Origin: Puccinia triticina
Lineage: Eukaryota
Length of the DNA: 64,000 nt
Assembly: GCA_026914245.1 (NCBI GenBank)
Contig: CP110440.1
Coordinates: 1,364,001 to 1,428,000, forward strand
Reading direction: 5' to 3'
Position numbers and translations under genes: made by a program. How positions within the stretch are numbered: the stretch's first letter is position 1; the number at the start of each line of letters is the position of its first letter. A model generated the notes under the pieces. The model searched no databases and had not been told where the DNA came from. It saw only the letters and a list, made by a program, of their open reading frames with translations. This document shows positions 57,659 to 64,000 of this stretch, piece by piece.

Positions 57659-59514
57659 CAACCGCTTTTGAGTCTTACATCGGGAAGGAGTTGGATGGCT
57701 TTGGAGGGCAAGGAGATTGAGGAGGGCTTGGGAGGGTGATCAAACTTTTTGGCAAGAGTTGTTGTTTGGCTGGCAAGTTTGACTGGCCCTTGCATGTACT
57801 CGTTGTAATACATGTCTGCACACAAATCTGGCTCATTTGGCAGGGCGGATGTTGGCAGGTACCTGCCTGTTTGTCACCCCAGAATCTGGACACCTGCACC
57901 TGCTGGTGGGTACCCACCAAAAGTTGACAAGTACCCGCCCGCGGGTGCCGGGTACCTGGAGCCATCTTCAACCCCATCCTATAGATGCTTCTGGGAGCAT
58001 CCAATGGACGCTGTGGTGCCCCAAGCACCACTTGGAGGCTTCAAAAGCGTCCAAGGGCTGGTTGGATTTCAAACCAACTTTTTTGTTGCAGAAAAAAACC
58101 ACCCATTGGACACTCTCCATTGAGAGTGTTCAATGTTCACTTTGAATGTAACAAAACAGAGCAAAAATTGTAAAATACAGCTGGAGTTTCCAATTGGCAG
58201 TGCCCAATCTTCCCTCAATTGCTGGAAATTTGGTCATTGAGAGGAATACACCCTCCCCTCAATGGCAGACACAGACCGGCCATCAAGACTCAAACCTTCC
58301 CATTGAGGGGAGGGTGTACTCCTATCAATGACCAAATTTGAGGGGAGGGAGTACTCCTTGCCGTAGTGACAGACCATCAAATGTTGCAAATGGCAGCCAA
58401 GTGTGGTTGCAGCAGTATATAAATCATACCTGCAAGGGTAGGGTATAGCCAGTGACCCATGGTCTAGATGCGAAATGCTGGTGCTGCTGTGGCCAAGCCC
58501 ACAGCTCTCTGTTCTGAGGTTTGATCCTTGCCCCCGGTGATCTTTTGCTGCTGTGTTTACTCCAGCAGAGCATCCATTGGAAACTTAGTTGGATGATTTT
58601 GCAGCCATCCAATTTGTACTACTCTGGATGTTTTGCCTGAACAAAAGAGGTTTTCCAAGCATCATCCATTGGATGGTCCATTTTACACCAGTGGAAACCA
58701 GCACAAGGAACATACAGTTTTCCATCCAACTGTTGTCTGGTTTGACCCATGGTCTATTTGCTACAGAGAGTGGAGGAAAAGGGCAATATTGTTTGGCAAC
58801 AAAAAAACTAAGACTATGTAGAATTCAGCAGATAAAATTTAATGAAATTGAGATGGAGAAGTGTGAAACTTGAGTTGCGTCTGAGGGGTGGGGGTAACAT
58901 GCAGGATTTGGTCATAGAGTAGAGGGAAAGTTTAACAGTAAAGTTTAGTGTTTGTGAATAAAAAAATATGATTATGTGGAATTCAGAAGATCAAATTTAC
59001 ACAAATTGATGGGGACATGCAAAGGTTTGCTGATAAGATTTGCAAGCAAAGTTGAAGAAATCAAGGGAGGCACCAGGGCCCAGGCCAAGTAATACTAGAT
59101 TCTGTGTTGAACCCAGGAGCTGGCGCTTATATGGGCCTCTATGAATGTGAGGCTCTCCTTGGGGAGCTCACTTGAAATATTTGGTGACAACTAGCCACAA
59201 TGTGCACGGGTGGACACAGTTGGGATGTGCTCATCATCTCAACCCAATCAGTCCAAGCAGCAGTGAAGCTTGATGAGGAAGTATGTATTTAATGGCTTTC
59301 CGGAGGTCAAGTAACTATGGTGATTTATCCAAATGGGGGATTACTTTCAACTTCCAATCAGTTGTTGGCCTCTGATGATAGGAAAAGTGGGAGCACTGGG
59401 ACTTGGGCGCATTTCGGAGTTGGTCTGTGAAAGGTTTGCGAAACCCGCGTCGGGGCGGTTTTACAGGTAACCATCGATCGAATTCAATAAACTACTCAAG
59501 CAAAGAAGTCAAAG

Positions 59515-60894
59515 ATGTCCGGAGACCATGATATCACGCTTGGCCAGCTCCTGGATCGGGCCACATCGGCATACAACCATATCATCGAGCAACCTACGCC
59601 GAACGACGAGGCTGTTCAGGTGCGTAAGAGGCTTTTGATTTTTTTGGGTGACGGTATGCAAACTGGGAATGGAGTGGACTGATTGACTAAAGAGCTGATT
59701 TCTTCATATATCATTTTGTCGATCATTCACCCATCTCGATCGCTGTCCGCTCAGTCTAAAATCCTTGCGGCACTTGCCGACCTATCTCTGAGTAGCTCCT
59801 TAATCAACCGCCTGGCAATCTTGTCCCCAAACGAAACCCTGGAAGACATCAATACCAGTGACCTCAAATGTCTTTCGGTCGAAGTATTACGTGGTTTGCT
59901 CGTCGTACTGCTCAAAACTAAAGGCGGGGGTCAACGGAAGAAAAACCTTGAACAGGCAAAAGTTAATCAACAATCTATTGCTATCTTTTCAAAATACTAA
60001 CCTCACAAATGTGCTGATTCTCTTTGCTCCCATCGGGATCTTCAGGACCATTTTCAGGTTTTTTGTCGGCAAGTCGAAGCTTATGAAGTTATCCCTAGGG
60101 ATCAAATCGATCGCTTTAAGGGCCCACTATCGGCCATCCAAAGTGCAGCAATGCGAAGGGAGTCGAAGATAAGCCAATACAAGCTAGAAAAACAACTAAA
60201 ACAACAACTGGACGAGCTTCGAGAGCGTAAACAATCCGCACAACGCTCCAGATTGTATTCATCCGGGCGGACGAAACAAGATAGCTCTCGGGGCGAATGG
60301 ACGAACGATTCGGATGATGAGAACGAGGGCGAGAGTCGCTCGACTCATCTGACTTGGCTCAAGTTCCTGTACCTCAAGGCTCACCAAGAACTGGACAGCA
60401 TCGAGGCCGAGCTAGATATCCTAGGTCAAGCAGCGCAGATGAATGACCTGCCGAGCAAGAAGGCCACACGCGAGGAGGATGATCTGAGCTGGCGGGTGGA
60501 GAGATTGGCGACGACGGCGGACGGCCCATTGGTCTCGCCCTCGGGCAAGGTTCTGCGTCCGTTTACGATCCTGCCATCACGCTCATCGGCCTCATCAGCC
60601 TCGACGAACCGGATCAAGCTTCGTGCGGAGGTCTTCCGTCCCGATTGGACCCTCCCCACGATGACAATCGACGACTACTTGGACGAGCAGCGCGCCATGG
60701 GCAACTTCTTGTCCGGCGGCGGCCCCGACCAAGCTAATCAAGAAACCCCCTCCCAACGCGCTCAAATCGACGCCGAAGAAGACAACGCTGCTGGCGAGCT
60801 CAAGGCCGAGCAGCTGCGGAAAAAGGCAGTCGAGTGGAATGAATTCACCGATGTCCATCGCAAGGGCGAAGGTAATATGATGAATAGAGGATGA
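59515..60894 (+). CDS. TAP42: TAP42/alpha4 PP2A-family phosphatase regulatory subunit; exons ~59515-59619, 59755-59961, 60046-60894
   Basis: SPNETLEDINTSDLK; RRESKISQYKLEK; GKVLRPFTILP; LPTMTIDDYL; KAVEWNEFTDVHRKGEGNMMNRG C-terminus; GT-AG introns. Confidence 0.92.
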
Positions 60895-61068
60895 TCACTC
60901 TTGATGGCCTTTTCTTCAAACTTTTCCATATCCCCTCAATGTAAAATGTACATGACAAAAAAAAGCAAAGACACGCGCATGGCTGGGGTCTCTTTTTTGA
61001 TTAGGATGTTTCCCTATCCTCGACAAACCTGCATGAACATAAGAAGACCAACAGAGGAGGCAATCGAG

Positions 61069-62047
61069 TCATGATCTACTTTGGACCAAAATATCACGGA
61101 TGATATCGGCAAAGCGGTTAAAAAGGACAAAGTCTTGAGGAGAGAAAGCGTGCAGAGAGGGCGATTGGGCCGACGATGCAAGCTGTAATAATAGCTGCTG
61201 TATTTGATCTTTGGATTTTTTCGGATCTCGTAAAGACTTATTTGTCGGATTGTTGTTGCTCTCCATGACTCTCATCAATAATTGTCTTAAGTCAGGTTCG
61301 CTGGTCAATAGATCTCGCAAACTGGTCGATGTAGCTGTTTTTTTTTTTTTTTTTTCAAAGGTACCAGTCGAGCCAAAAAAAGAAAAAAAAAAAAAAAAAG
61401 AAAAGAAAAAAGAAAAAACCGGAACGAAATCAGCTTGGGGTAGTTTAGGAGATTTTAGAGTGAAGCTTTTCGGTACCAATTTGTTCCCATTCGTGTTGTC
61501 TGATCGGTTTAATCTCATCTTTCCTCAACGGGTCGCTAAAAACCGCGAGCCTTTCCTCGTCGACGACGGGCCAATCCAAGTCAGTCAACGGTTTCAATCT
61601 CGAGCCACTTGGGATGACATCTGCGGGAGGTGTGGGGACTAGTGAAGAGGTGTGGTCCGGCTGGGCTTGTGAGCCATCAACTTGGGCCTTGATGTCGTCG
61701 TGGGTTGGGTTCTGAGTAGGTTTGCTGCTTGTTCCTGGACAACTGGCTTGTTCTGAGGTTGTGTACAAACGGTTAAAGGTTGGATATGTCGAAAACCAAA
61801 TCATCAGCGAATCGCGCGCAACAAGTGGTCGAACATCCAAATCACTCACCTTTATGGACCCGAAAACAGCTCACCGAGCAACTACAGATCAGCAAAAAAA
61901 TAGGGAAGAGAAACCCCCATCGATAAGCAATAAATTCGAATGTTGCAGAGAGAGAGGACTCAACTAAGGGACCTGGTCATTGGGACACTTGTACTTGAAC
62001 TTCTCCAGCTGACAGACAGCGCAAATCGTCCGGTCTTGTTTCTTCAT
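61069..62047 (-). CDS. HIT-type zinc-finger protein (Hit1/ZNHIT3-like box C/D snoRNP assembly factor), multi-exon
   Basis: MKKQDRTICAVCQLEKFKYKCPNDQVPY|intron|CSVSCFRVHK zf-HIT motif; later exons RLKPLTDLDWP...LRDLL...FNRFADII. Convergent with TAP42. Confidence 0.8.
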
Positions 62048-62949
62048 TTTCAAGCTTGAGATGGTGTAGGATGAAGTGAGTCAAGCTGGATGAATTTTGT
62101 ACATGGCCAAACTTAATCCCTTGAGACTTCGGGGCCTGTGGCCCGAGGTGCGGGGCGGGGTATGATGTCCATCCCGAACCCCATGCCCCGGAAAGGCCCC
62201 GGGGCACCACACAAAGCCCTGGGTATACCTTGTTGTTTCTTGATTTTCTTCTGATGGAGCAGAGGCAATTGGGGAACATACCCTTTCACACCTCTCAGTG
62301 CTATCTTGAGACCTTGTGGTGTGGAAAGTTCTGTGGGTCAGACCACCTACTCTGCTCAAATTCCAGGGTTTGAGTGTATTTAAAGATTTTTTCTGGAGTG
62401 GAAGGTGTTTTTCAAAACAACTCAAGGATATTGTACAGGCATAAGCTCAATGCTGGGTCAGATACACTATCATTAGCAATAGTGCAGCGTAGCATAGCTT
62501 AATAACACTAAAAACAACAGGATTTCCTGTTAGCTGTTAGTGGTATTACACTAGCGCTAACTCGCGGAGAACAGAAACTACGCCTGTTATGAGGTTTTAT
62601 TCCTCTTTTTAGCGGGGTTTTCCGCTAAAAGCAGCATAATGTAGCGTAGTAATAGTGTAGCACCACTAACAGGATTCACAGCCCACACACTCATAGTTTG
62701 AGGGGCTGTGGATCCAGGCAGCTTCCTCATCCTGCAATCTCCCATTATAGGATCTAGAACCCCCAGAACCCCAGACCCCAGACTCCTTCTTCCTCTCCTC
62801 AGACCAGACCTTAGCATCTTCAAACTCAGTCATTTTATTTAAAAAAAAGAGTAATATGGCAAGGAATTATACTAGAGTTTTGAATCTTTCCCCCACCAAA
62901 ACTCAAATTCTTGGCTCACCACAAAGGGGCAATTACATGCAAGTCCCTC

Positions 62950-63265
62950 ATGCCAAGCGGTCTGTAACAGTCATCAAGGGCAGTCATACCTCTTAATGAC
63001 TGGTACAGACTTGCATTGAGTGGATTAACATCTCTTCTTGATGCCAGTCTGTACCGGTAATCTAGGGGACTCACACCTCTCAATGACCAGTACAGACCAT
63101 CATTGAGCAGATTCACACCTCCTCTCAATGACTAGTCTAGGGGAGTCACACCTCTCAATTGCCAGTCTGTACTGGTCATTGAGGGGACTCACACCTCCTC
63201 TTGATGACTGTTCTTTTCAAGTTGTCAAGGGGGGTAATACTACATCCTGTTCATTGAGTGGGGTG
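62950..63265. repeat. Degenerate tandem palindromic repeats (TTGAGGGG..CACACCTCTCAA-CCAGTCTGTAC units)
   Basis: Several imperfect units. Related motifs occur at 58215-58370 and 31670-31725. Confidence 0.55.
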
Positions 63266-64000
63266 TGTGCACCACGTGGTGCCTTTCTGGAAATGTGCTA
63301 CATTCCATGGATTTTTCTGGTTGAGAAACATCCAGAAGATCTAAAGTGTGTTGAGATAGTGTATTAGCATTTCCTCATGCACATGCTTCTAATCTACACA
63401 CCCACAACTTAGCCTATATTGTACATGTATATAGTCTAGTTGTTTCCCCTCACTGTGATCCTCACTGAATGATGATTATACTTTGACTCATTGTGCTCTG
63501 ACTTTGTCCTTGACATCTTGTCAAACTTCTCTTAGTCTTGTGTCACCCAAGTTACCCTGAACAAAGTGCACTGAGAATCACTTGGACACTTCCTCAAGTG
63601 TCCAAGTGATGCTTGGCACTTGAAAATTTTAGTTAGAATTCTGCCTCATGCCCAGAAGAGGGCTTATTTCTGTTGTTGTTCTTTTCCTTTCCAGAGGGTT
63701 CCATAGCCAACTAGGCCCCCTCTCTAGGCCCCTTGCCTTAGTTGTATTTCCTCTGCTCCCTCATGAAATACACCCGCACTTAGTTCCAAGCCTATAGTAG
63801 CCAGACTTGCTCCATTGGAGACTTCTGTCCTGCTGTTCTGAGTCCCTGAGCATCCTGTGCTCTTGATCTTTCCAGCTCATCTCTTCTCAGTCTTGGGCCT
63901 CTGGCCATATTTTCTTCAATTTCAACTAGAAATCAAAAAACACCATCCAGTGGACACTCTGGAGCAAGAGTGTAAAAAGGTGCTACCATCTGTTGGCCGC

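Larger units (their letters stand above)
32981..57970. mobile_element. hAT-like non-autonomous element expanded to 25 kb by nested insertions
   Basis: TIRs TAAAGATGGC / GCCATCTTCA with GGTACCCG-rich subtermini. Exact 8-bp TSD ACCCCATC at 32973-32980 and 57971-57978. Confidence 0.88.

Overview
Repeat-rich, intron-containing eukaryotic DNA. The gene and TE content suggests a rust fungus (Pucciniales, Puccinia-like); this is an inference. Most of the window is nested mobile DNA. (1) A decayed Ty1/Copia element (635-10517, minus strand) has a hAT-type element end in its 3' LTR and a Helitron in its leader. (2) Three non-autonomous Helitrons of one family (7302-10283, 12297-17934 and nested 14417-17765) share termini but carry different captured host-gene fragments: catalase, G-protein beta, Rpn10, eS7/RPS7 and Rpn2. 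(3) There are MITEs, a MULE remnant and a nearly CpG-free chromodomain Ty3/Gypsy. (4) A three-level nest of DNA transposons (32981-57970) has intact TSDs at every level. Its core is a 21.8-kb CACTA/CMC-type transposon (34651-56488; perfect 39-bp TIRs, TAC TSD) encoding a Tnp2-like transposase, a RING-less Rad5/Rad16-type SNF2 ATPase, a pair of paralogous ORFs and other uncharacterised genes. Host genes are a predicted secreted RING-H2 protein (22566-24366), TAP42/alpha4 (59515-60894) and a zf-HIT gene (61069-62047). All homology calls come from motif recognition, not database searches.
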